DNA from: an uncultured Erysipelotrichaceae bacterium
Lineage (GTDB): Bacteria > Bacillota_I > Bacilli_A > Erysipelotrichales > Erysipelotrichaceae
DNA: 24,000 nt
Direction of reading: 5' to 3'
NCBI GenBank assembly: GCA_945875435.1
Contig: CAMCKH010000008.1
Coordinates: 1 to 24,000, forward strand
Made by a program: the position numbers and the translations under genes. Each line of letters opens with the position of its first letter. The first letter of the stretch is position 1. Positions 14,798-21,653 of the stretch are shown here, piece after piece. The notes below the pieces were generated by a model that worked only from the letters and a program-made list of their open reading frames with translations, ran no database searches and was not told the origin of the DNA.

Positions 14798-15322
14798 CTA
14801 GCTATAACATATTTCTTTTCTAATAGCTAATAATTTATCAGCTTCTTTGGTTGCATCAATATATCTACATAAATCTGCGAAGCTATCATTTAAACCTGTT
14901 TCACCTTTTTTAGGCATTTTAATTATATCTATTTTAGAGCTATATTCTTCAATTATTTCTTGATTTTCTTTAGACATCATCGCACACGCATTAGTAAAGC
15001 CTTCTTCTTTAAGTTTAAATACTAATTTTGCACATAATTTAGAATATTCTTTAAAATTAAAACTAGGTCCTGCCAATACAAAATCTGGATTTACTTTTTT
15101 AACCATTAAAGCTATTTTTTTAACTACCTCATCTTCATTTTCACTAAAAACATTAATACCACAGGCAATAGTTGCGATTATTTGGGCATTAACCTTAGCA
15201 AAGTGTGGCGTCAGTAACATTCCTGTACCAATACTTCCTTTTTGAATTGTGAGTGGTAAGTTAAGATTACCTACACCACCAAGACCTGATAGTCCTTGAT
15301 CAAATACTACTAAAACTTTCAT
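14798..15322 (-). CDS. Short protein homologous to the N-terminal domain of glycine/sarcosine/betaine reductase component B (GrdB family), no selenocysteine region
   Basis: 174 aa. MKVLVVFDQGLSGLGGVGN...GTGML...IATIACGINVFSENEDE...MVKKVNPDFVLAGPSFNFKEY..C...EEGF parallels my recollection of the GrdB N-terminus (VVHYINQFFAGIGGEE...VICGD.YF.EN...PD..AGPAFNAGRYG.AC). It ends at TAG after 174 codons. Its start overlaps the IIC stop (TAATG). Confidence 0.6.
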   Translation of the reverse strand: MKVLVVFDQGLSGLGGVGNLNLPLTIQKGSIGTGMLLTPHFAKVNAQIIATIACGINVFSENEDEVVKKIALMVKKVNPDFVLAGPSFNFKEYSKLCAKLVFKLKEEGFTNACAMMSKENQEIIEEYSSKIDIIKMPKKGETGLNDSFADLCRYIDATKEADKLLAIRKEICYS

Positions 15323-16668
15323 TAATCTAAACTTAAATCATCAAATGATAAATCATCAATTTCATCTTTAACATTAAGATTTATCTTTTCTTCTTCTAAA
15401 TATTTATTATCAAGGATTCTAAAGAATGGATAATAAATTGCCATATTCACAAATAGTAAGAAGAATTGGAATGCTACTGCTGTAAGTCCACCTGTAATTA
15501 AGAAACCAGAGAATCCTATCGGAGTAGTCCAAGGTAATTGAACACCACCAATAATTGGTAAAATTCCAATTTTTGTAGCAATTGTAGCAAGTACAGTATT
15601 CGCAACTGGTGCTAATAAGAATGGAACAGCCATAATCGGATTAAGAACTACTGGTAAACCAAAGATAATTGGTTCATTAATTCCAAAGATACCTGCAGGA
15701 AGTGATAATCTACCTAAAGTTTTCATTCTACTTGATTTTGCAATAGTTGACATCATAATAACTAAACCTAGGGTAGAACCTCCACCACCAAAGTTACAGA
15801 AGAAATCAGAGAAACCTGAGGTGAAGATGTTTGTCATCTTTAATCCAGCTTGAGCAGCTTCATAATTTTCAAGTGTCAATGCTTTATGAATAGGTCCAAA
15901 AATTGTATTAGTAACAGCTGGACCATTAATTCCGAAGAACCAGAATAATGTAGATAAGAATTGATAAGTAACTTCAAATAAATCAGAAGTTCCAAGACCT
16001 ACAAGTGGAGCTTGAAGTACTTGATAAATAAAGTTATGTGCATATTTGTAATCAGTATTTGAGAAAATTATATTTACAATAAAGAATACAAAGATAGTAA
16101 TTCCAGCAGGAATTAAAGAAGCGAAAGAATCCATAACCATTGGTGGAACACCATCTGGTAATTTAATAACTAATTTCTTTTTAATTACAAAACCGAATAT
16201 TTTAACTGCAAGTATTGCGGTTATCATAGATAAGAACATACCAGCAGTTCCAAGATTGCTGAACGCAAAACCTCTAAAAGATCTACCAGCTTCATTTACA
16301 AAAAGTTCGTGTGTTTGTGGAGCAATGATTAAGAATGAAACCACTGCTACTAAAGCTGCCGCAATTTTATTATCAATTTTTTCTTCTCTTGCGTAACTAT
16401 AACCGATACCTATTGCTGCAAGCAACGCAATCGCATTAAATCCAACTGCAGTAACTCTACCGAAATGAACTTCCCAACCTGCTCCAAATACAGTTCCGAT
16501 AATTTCAGACCAATTTTGTATTGGGAAATTAGAAAATAGTAGGAAAAGTGATGCAATAATCGTAACAGGAACAGTAATCATAAAACCGTCACGAATAGCT
16601 ACAAGTATTTTATTCTTCGCAAGGGCGTTTGCGATAGGTGTTAAAATTTTTTCTAATTTTTCAAACAT
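15322..16668 (-). CDS. celB: PTS lactose/cellobiose-family EIIC permease
   Basis: 448 aa. The N-terminus MFEKLEKILTPIANALAKNKILVAIRDGFMITVP is typical of cellobiose/chitobiose-family IIC proteins, and the protein is polytopic. It has an unusual acidic C-terminal tail, DEIDDLSFDDLSLD. RBS AAGGAAGG. Confidence 0.9.
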   Translation of the reverse strand: MFEKLEKILTPIANALAKNKILVAIRDGFMITVPVTIIASLFLLFSNFPIQNWSEIIGTVFGAGWEVHFGRVTAVGFNAIALLAAIGIGYSYAREEKIDNKIAAALVAVVSFLIIAPQTHELFVNEAGRSFRGFAFSNLGTAGMFLSMITAILAVKIFGFVIKKKLVIKLPDGVPPMVMDSFASLIPAGITIFVFFIVNIIFSNTDYKYAHNFIYQVLQAPLVGLGTSDLFEVTYQFLSTLFWFFGINGPAVTNTIFGPIHKALTLENYEAAQAGLKMTNIFTSGFSDFFCNFGGGGSTLGLVIMMSTIAKSSRMKTLGRLSLPAGIFGINEPIIFGLPVVLNPIMAVPFLLAPVANTVLATIATKIGILPIIGGVQLPWTTPIGFSGFLITGGLTAVAFQFFLLFVNMAIYYPFFRILDNKYLEEEKINLNVKDEIDDLSFDDLSLD

Positions 16669-16670
16669 AT

Positions 16671-16991
16671 TTATACCTTCCTTTCTTTATAAGTTTTAAT
16701 CGCAACTTTTAAAACTCTTTCTCCATTTACTTCGCCATAATCTTTGGCATCAATAACCATTACTGGTGTTTTCGATCCATATTCTTGATTAACCCTTTCA
16801 TATATATGTCGTACTTGAGGTCCCAACAAAATTAAATCAGGATTATATTCTTGAATAATTAGACCCATTTCTTTATCTGAAAATGCTTTTATTTCTATAT
16901 CTAAATTATGTTGATTTGCGACTTTTTGCATACGGCTCGCAAGTAGACTTGTAGACATTCCAGCACTACAGAATAAATAAAATCTTTTCAT
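16671..16991 (-). CDS. celA: PTS lactose/cellobiose-family EIIB component
   Basis: Start placed at ATG 16991 (MKRFYLFCSAGMSTSLL, with the active-site Cys in the CSAGMSTS loop), preceded by the perfect RBS AAGGAGG. This gives 106 aa. The 10-codon extension in the track is unsupported. Confidence 0.9.
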   Translation of the reverse strand: MKRFYLFCSAGMSTSLLASRMQKVANQHNLDIEIKAFSDKEMGLIIQEYNPDLILLGPQVRHIYERVNQEYGSKTPVMVIDAKDYGEVNGERVLKVAIKTYKERKV

Positions 16992-17046
16992 ATCGCCTCC
17001 TTTATCTTTATTTTTACACAATAAATCAAGATATAAAATAAATGTA

Positions 17047-17064
17047 TTTCCTAAATTAAGGAAA
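17047..17064 (-). terminator. Weak hairpin after the EEP gene (possible terminator)
   Basis: On the minus strand, TTTCCT-TAATTT-AGGAAA (6-bp stem) followed by the T-rich TACATTTATTTTAT. Weak. Confidence 0.3.
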
Positions 17065-17100
17065 AGAAAGGATATTTATCAATTTCTATGTTTAAAGATT

Positions 17101-18126
17101 TTAATCATTTAATTCTTGTATTTCTGCAAAAATACATAAATGGTCTGAATTGTGGTAAGATTTAACTTCTACTTTTTTAACACTATATTTATTGTTTGGT
17201 ATTAAAATATGGTCTATCCTTGTTCTAAAAACTGATGGAACATTAATATTCCATGTCCCTGAATTAAATTTTGGAGCATATTGTAAAACATCTGTATGTG
17301 TATTTATCATATTAAGACTACCATGTTTCATTGTGGCATTAAAATCTCCAATTATAATTGAATTTTGATTGTGTTTAGAAAAATCTGTGATTAAATCTAA
17401 ATCTCTTCGCCACATATCCATTAAACCTACAAGTGGAGGTGCTGCGTGTAATCCTATAATAGAGGGGCTGTTTTTTGTTGTTGGAGATAAATGGATTGTT
17501 CCAAATATTGTCATAGGCATTTTGTGAACATTATAATTACCAAATTCTTTCTTGATTATAACTGTAACAGGAGCAATCATGCCCTCTGTTCGTTCTGATA
17601 TATACACTACATATTTTTCAAAATCAATGTCAGCTTTTTTAAATAAATCAATTAGTCTTCTGTTAGAATTATCCCCTTTTGTATATCCTTCAAGTTCTGG
17701 AAAAACTGCTATGTCGGCATCAAATTTTCCGAAAATATCTTGGATATTTATCACATTTATATTATCAGCAGCATTCCATTCAACTAATTTAATTATCTTG
17801 TTTTTACTATTTTCATCTTTTATTTTATATATATCTGTTTCAAAAATTATAAAAAATATCGAAAAAACTATGGTTGAAAACAAGATGATATTTACCATAT
17901 CGAATTTTAATTTAAATCTATTTTTAAACAAAACGATAACTATTAACAATAATGAAAAAATTATCATTAAAAAACATATCATATTAAAAAAAGCATATAA
18001 ATGTGCAAAGCCGAATTTAATTGATAGTATTTTGTTTAATTTATAATCTGGGAAAAAAACATAACTGCAACCTAAAATAACATATATCAAAAAAACACAT
18101 AAAATAAAATTTTTCTTTTTTTTCAT
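17101..18126 (-). CDS. Membrane-anchored endonuclease/exonuclease/phosphatase (EEP) family protein
   Basis: 341 aa. About 3 N-terminal transmembrane helices are followed by an EEP domain with the full catalytic set: VEWNA (Asn), VFPEL (Glu), IIGDFNAT, RIDHILI and C-terminal NSDHLCIFAEI. Confidence 0.8.
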   Translation of the reverse strand: MKKKKNFILCVFLIYVILGCSYVFFPDYKLNKILSIKFGFAHLYAFFNMICFLMIIFSLLLIVIVLFKNRFKLKFDMVNIILFSTIVFSIFFIIFETDIYKIKDENSKNKIIKLVEWNAADNINVINIQDIFGKFDADIAVFPELEGYTKGDNSNRRLIDLFKKADIDFEKYVVYISERTEGMIAPVTVIIKKEFGNYNVHKMPMTIFGTIHLSPTTKNSPSIIGLHAAPPLVGLMDMWRRDLDLITDFSKHNQNSIIIGDFNATMKHGSLNMINTHTDVLQYAPKFNSGTWNINVPSVFRTRIDHILIPNNKYSVKKVEVKSYHNSDHLCIFAEIQELND

Positions 18127-18203
18127 AATAAAATTTGTTCTCCTTTGCTATGAAAACAGGAATCAGTGCTTTGAATAATATCACTGACCCCATTAATTAC
18201 AAA

Positions 18204-18914
18204 TTACATACCATCTCCATTTGTTGCGACCAACGAACCATTAACAATTCTTCTGCAATGCCCATCTTTTACCTTAGATTTAACAGAATCAACTATGCTA
18301 TTCAATGATTTATTTGACACATCAATGCTTCTTCCAATTTTATTATTATGCATATCCATATCTTTATCAACACCACTAGAATCATGTTCGTGAGCTGTAG
18401 CCCATTGTTCTGCCGCAACTACCCCAATCGATTTTTTCATTAAAGCATTCCATAGACAGTGTCTAAATGCGTCTGAATTATCTTTCCAACCATTTTCACC
18501 ATAAATTTCAATAGTTTTTGATGTAGCTGTATTTCCATCGTTATAAACTTTTATAGCTTGAACTGGGTGTGCAAGAGCTAACTCTCTTTCTGCAGAGTTT
18601 AAATTATTATATCCCTGAAAATAATTAGCAGCTCTCCTTAATGAAACTTGATTTAACCCTCCATTTTTAATAAATGTTATGAGGTGTTGTTCTTGTTCTT
18701 GTTCTGTACTTTTAGGATTTTTAATAATAAATCTGTCTAGTTCTTCAGAAAGTATAGCCAAATCTTTAGTATCTTTGATTTTAAAAATCGTTTCTTCTGC
18801 AACTTTCTGTGAATATAGATTAACTTCTGCAAAAACATTTATTGACATAACAATCATAAAAGTCATAATCATTATAGTAGCTAAACATGTAATAAATAGT
18901 TTTTTCTTTAACAT
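18204..18914 (-). CDS. Secreted protein of unknown function with a conserved RH..WNA / HE / MD.HNN.GR motif block (DUF6973-like by recollection)
   Basis: 236 aa. Sec signal peptide with a likely VFA/EV cleavage site. C-terminal block: NSDAFRHCLWNALMKKSIG..AEQWATAHEHDSSGVDKDMDMHNNKIGRSI. RBS GAGAGG lies 8 nt upstream. Confidence 0.65.
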   Translation of the reverse strand: MLKKKLFITCLATIMIMTFMIVMSINVFAEVNLYSQKVAEETIFKIKDTKDLAILSEELDRFIIKNPKSTEQEQEQHLITFIKNGGLNQVSLRRAANYFQGYNNLNSAERELALAHPVQAIKVYNDGNTATSKTIEIYGENGWKDNSDAFRHCLWNALMKKSIGVVAAEQWATAHEHDSSGVDKDMDMHNNKIGRSIDVSNKSLNSIVDSVKSKVKDGHCRRIVNGSLVATNGDGM

Positions 18915-19016
18915 ATTTTTTCCTCTCTTTCAATTTACTCATATAATTACTAAAAATATCTACCTAAATTGATAAATCTCCATTTTTATACCTATGATAA
19001 TTGTTATATTTCATAA

Positions 19017-19024
19017 ATTATACA
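19017..19024 (-). promoter_or_regulatory. Extended -10 element (TGTATAAT) upstream of the secreted-protein gene
   Basis: The minus strand reads GAGGTGTATAAT, about 100 nt upstream of ATG 18914. There is no good -35. The GAGGTG could instead serve as the RBS for a 16-codon mini-ORF. Confidence 0.35.
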
Positions 19025-19220
19025 CCTCTTTTGATATATTAATATGTTTTTAATAATATTTAAAAATATTAAAATGTATATTCCTATGATATCTAAATTG
19101 ATATACATAAGTTATTAAAATATTCTTAATATTGTTGCGATTTTGACTTAGTTTTTTTCACTAAGTTATTTCTTTTATTTGATTAATTATATTTTACCAT
19201 ATTTTTCTTTAAAAATAAAA

Positions 19221-19242
19221 AAGATAGCCATTAAGCTATCTT
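19221..19242 (-). terminator. Rho-independent terminator downstream of ftsZ
   Basis: Stem aagatagc / gctatctt with a 6-nt loop, overlapping the ftsZ stop. The minus strand continues TTTTATTTTTAAAG. Confidence 0.75.
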
Positions 19243-20293
19243 AGAAATTAGAACGTGATCTGAAAAATTCAGGAACACTTGCTTCATTACTGTTGTTTTT
19301 TGAAGTAGTAGTAATTGTTTCTTTATAATCTTCTTCATTATATGAAGTTGCGTATTGATTTTTATCAAAACCTGTTGCGATTACCGTTACAATAATATCA
19401 TCTTGAATTTGATTATTTATGGCAATACCGAAGATGAAATCAATTTCACCACCAACTTGTTCACGAATAGTAGATACCGCATCATTCGCATCACTAATAG
19501 TAATACTTGAACCACCTGTGATATTAATAATAGCACTGCTTGCACCTACTATCTTAGCTTCTAATAATTTAGATTCAATCGCATTTTTCGCAGCAACTTT
19601 AGGATCTTTATCCATACCAATTCCAATAAGTGCAGTTCCTTGACCCTTCATTACATTTTTAATATCCGCAAAATCTAAATTAATTAATGATGGTGCTGCA
19701 ATTAAATCAGTAATGGTTTGAACTCCTTGTCTTAAAACATTATCTGCTTCTCTAAAAGCATCAGGAAGTGGAATGTTTCCAACTATTTCTAATACTTTGT
19801 TGTTAGAAATTATAATTAAAGAATCCACATATTCCTTTAATCTAGTAAGACCTGCGAAAGCCTGATCTGTTCTTTTTCTACCTTCAAAGCTAAAAGGTTT
19901 AGTAACAATCGCAACAGTTAAAATACCTAATTCTTGGGCAATTTTTGCGAATACCGGAGATGCTCCTGTACCAGTACCACCACCTAAACCTGTCGCAATA
20001 AACACCATATCAGCTCCTTGCATCGCTTCTCTGATTTGACTTTCAGACTCTTCTGCAGCTTTTTTACCAATTTCAGGGTCTGCACCAGCACCTAATCCTT
20101 TAGTAAGTTCTTCTCCTAAATGAATTTTATTTTTACAATTTGATGTATTTAACGATTGAATATCGGTATTACAAATATAAAAATCTACACCTTGAACATC
20201 TGCCTCAACCATGCGATTAACTGCATTACAGCCACCGCCACCAACGCCAAATACTTTAATTTTAGCTGTTTTAATGAAATTATTTTCGTTCAT
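19241..20293 (-). CDS. ftsZ: Cell division protein FtsZ
   Basis: 350 aa. [13 protein letters not shown], tubulin signature [13 protein letters not shown], and a C-terminal peptide VPEFFRSR resembling the conserved FtsA-binding tail. The start is 2 nt after the ftsA stop. Confidence 0.97.
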   Translation of the reverse strand: MNENNFIKTAKIKVFGVGGGGCNAVNRMVEADVQGVDFYICNTDIQSLNTSNCKNKIHLGEELTKGLGAGADPEIGKKAAEESESQIREAMQGADMVFIATGLGGGTGTGASPVFAKIAQELGILTVAIVTKPFSFEGRKRTDQAFAGLTRLKEYVDSLIIISNNKVLEIVGNIPLPDAFREADNVLRQGVQTITDLIAAPSLINLDFADIKNVMKGQGTALIGIGMDKDPKVAAKNAIESKLLEAKIVGASSAIINITGGSSITISDANDAVSTIREQVGGEIDFIFGIAINNQIQDDIIVTVIATGFDKNQYATSYNEEDYKETITTTSKNNSNEASVPEFFRSRSNF

Positions 20294-20295
20294 TT

Positions 20296-21546
20296 TTATT
20301 TATCCCTCTTTCTTTCTTTAAATAAACCCATAATTTTTCTAGTGAAACTTTCTCCATCTCCGTCAATAACCTTTTTATTCACAAGATCTTCAAACGCTAG
20401 TAAATCAATGCTTACTAATTTATTTTCATTTACATTTAATAAATCTTTAAAATTATATAAGCTACCCAATAACGAAGTTAATGAACTATCTCTAGCTCCT
20501 AAAGTTTCTGGAATATAAATTTCGCTATTTACTTTAAACTCATTTTGTATTTTATCTTTAATACCTATTGCTTTAGATCCTTCGCCTACTAAAATTAAAC
20601 TTACTTCACCACTATCCAAAATAGGTTGGCACATTTTTTTAAGCTCTTCAACATAATAATTAATTTCTGGTGCTAGAATTTCAGCTAAAGTTTTTTCACT
20701 AAGTGTCATTTTAAGATCATTTACTTCCCACAAATGAATTACACTATCACTAACTTTACTCATATCAGTAACTAAATTATATTTTATTAATCTTTCAATA
20801 TTGCTTAAAGATAAACGATATTTGTTATAAACTTTATCAATCAAATTATTTAAGCCATACTTAAATATTTCAACACCCATCAATCGTCCTCTGCTTATCA
20901 AACTTAAAGTAGTGTGATTATATTCTGTTTTGATTAAAATAATGTTTTGATGTACTGTTTTTTCAAATAAAGCAGCTTCCTTACATATCGCATAAGTGTC
21001 TAAACAAACATCTAAAACTCTAACTCCAGCACTTTCTACCAAGGATACATAATCATAAGCTATTTCTTTATCTATTTGCAGTAAATCAATATCAATTGTG
21101 ATTTCCTTACTTATTTCTTTAATTGGTATTTTACGATAACTAATGCCATTTACCGTATAAGTGTTGCATACCACATTAACCAAGGCACTGGTTTCATCAA
21201 CTTTTGAGTCAATTGCGATATTAATAGCTTTTTTAATATCACTATAATTCACAAGACCAGTTTCGGTTTTAATTGTGATTTTACAATTTTGTCTTTTAAA
21301 ATTAACGCTTGGAAGAATTAAAATAACTCTTTCAATATTAGCACCTAAACTACGAGAACTATCTTCAATTAACTTTTTGATTTTAGAAATCAAAAGATCT
21401 TTATCAATAATTTTAAAATCTTTAATTTCTTTAATTTCAATAGATTCTTCTTTTAAGATGTTTAAACGAGTATTAAAAAACTCTCCAATAATCAAATGGA
21501 CTTCCTTTTCTCTAATTTCTAAAGAAGCATAAATTTGTTTATTCAT
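20296..21546 (-). CDS. ftsA: Cell division protein FtsA (divergent)
   Basis: 416 aa, directly upstream of ftsZ. It is collinear with FtsA (IYASLEI...[16 protein letters not shown]) and has a C-terminal amphipathic helix [14 protein letters not shown]. The phosphate-binding motifs are degenerate (see findings). Confidence 0.85.
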   Translation of the reverse strand: MNKQIYASLEIREKEVHLIIGEFFNTRLNILKEESIEIKEIKDFKIIDKDLLISKIKKLIEDSSRSLGANIERVILILPSVNFKRQNCKITIKTETGLVNYSDIKKAINIAIDSKVDETSALVNVVCNTYTVNGISYRKIPIKEISKEITIDIDLLQIDKEIAYDYVSLVESAGVRVLDVCLDTYAICKEAALFEKTVHQNIILIKTEYNHTTLSLISRGRLMGVEIFKYGLNNLIDKVYNKYRLSLSNIERLIKYNLVTDMSKVSDSVIHLWEVNDLKMTLSEKTLAEILAPEINYYVEELKKMCQPILDSGEVSLILVGEGSKAIGIKDKIQNEFKVNSEIYIPETLGARDSSLTSLLGSLYNFKDLLNVNENKLVSIDLLAFEDLVNKKVIDGDGESFTRKIMGLFKERKRDK

Positions 21547-21555
21547 ATACTATAA

Positions 21556-21564
21556 ATTTTAACA
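21556..21564 (-). promoter_or_regulatory. Extended -10 promoter element (TGTTAAAAT) for ftsA-ftsZ
   Basis: The minus strand reads TGTTAAAAT-TTATAGTAT-ATG. The -10 ends 9 nt before the ftsA start codon, there is no SD, and an in-frame TAG lies two codons upstream of the ATG. Confidence 0.45.
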
Positions 21565-21624
21565 TATTTTTAATAAAAAAACTTAAAAATTTAATTTGAA
21601 GGTAAACTATTTTTAAATATAAAT

Positions 21625-21648
21625 AAAAAGGTTCAAACGAACCTTTTT
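21625..21648 (-). terminator. Rho-independent terminator downstream of the GH112 phosphorylase
   Basis: Perfect 10-bp stem aaaaaggttc / gaaccttttt with a 4-nt loop, 6 nt after the stop. The minus strand continues ATTTATATTT. Confidence 0.8.
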
Positions 21649-21653
21649 AACAA

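Noticed and set aside
14798-14800. Possible selenocysteine read-through extending the GrdB-like ORF
   Set aside because: The stop codon is TAG, not TGA. It is followed immediately by a terminator hairpin and the RBS and start of the next gene, so there is no downstream GrdB-like coding potential.
16992-17021. 10-codon N-terminal extension of PTS IIB (MCKNKDKGGD)
   Set aside because: ATG 16991 has a perfect AAGGAGG RBS, which lies inside the proposed extension. EIIB proteins start just before the CSAGMSTS loop.
17022-17100. PTS operon promoter, cre site or RAT antiterminator upstream of IIB
   Set aside because: Only weak hexamers are present (TTGATT, and TGTAAAAAT-like). I could not identify a TGWAANCGNTNWCA-type cre site or a RAT-like element, so I make no call.
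17552-18046. 164-aa plus-strand ORF
   Set aside because: It lies entirely antisense within the EEP gene, which has clear catalytic motifs. The translation is low-complexity and Ile/Phe/Lys/Asn-rich, typical of a shadow ORF in AT-rich DNA. There is no RBS and no recognisable motif.
18116-18123. A8 homopolymer right after the EEP start codon (also a T8/A8 at 6191..6198 in the lipoprotein gene) as phase-variation slippage tracts
   Set aside because: These runs encode the Lys-rich N-regions of signal or anchor peptides (AAA codons) and are expected in a genome this AT-rich. There is no evidence of frameshifted variants in the single sequence.
20156-20518. 120-aa plus-strand ORF spanning the ftsA/ftsZ junction
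   Set aside because: It is antisense to two unambiguous, highly conserved genes. It has no RBS and its composition is low-complexity. Shadow ORF.
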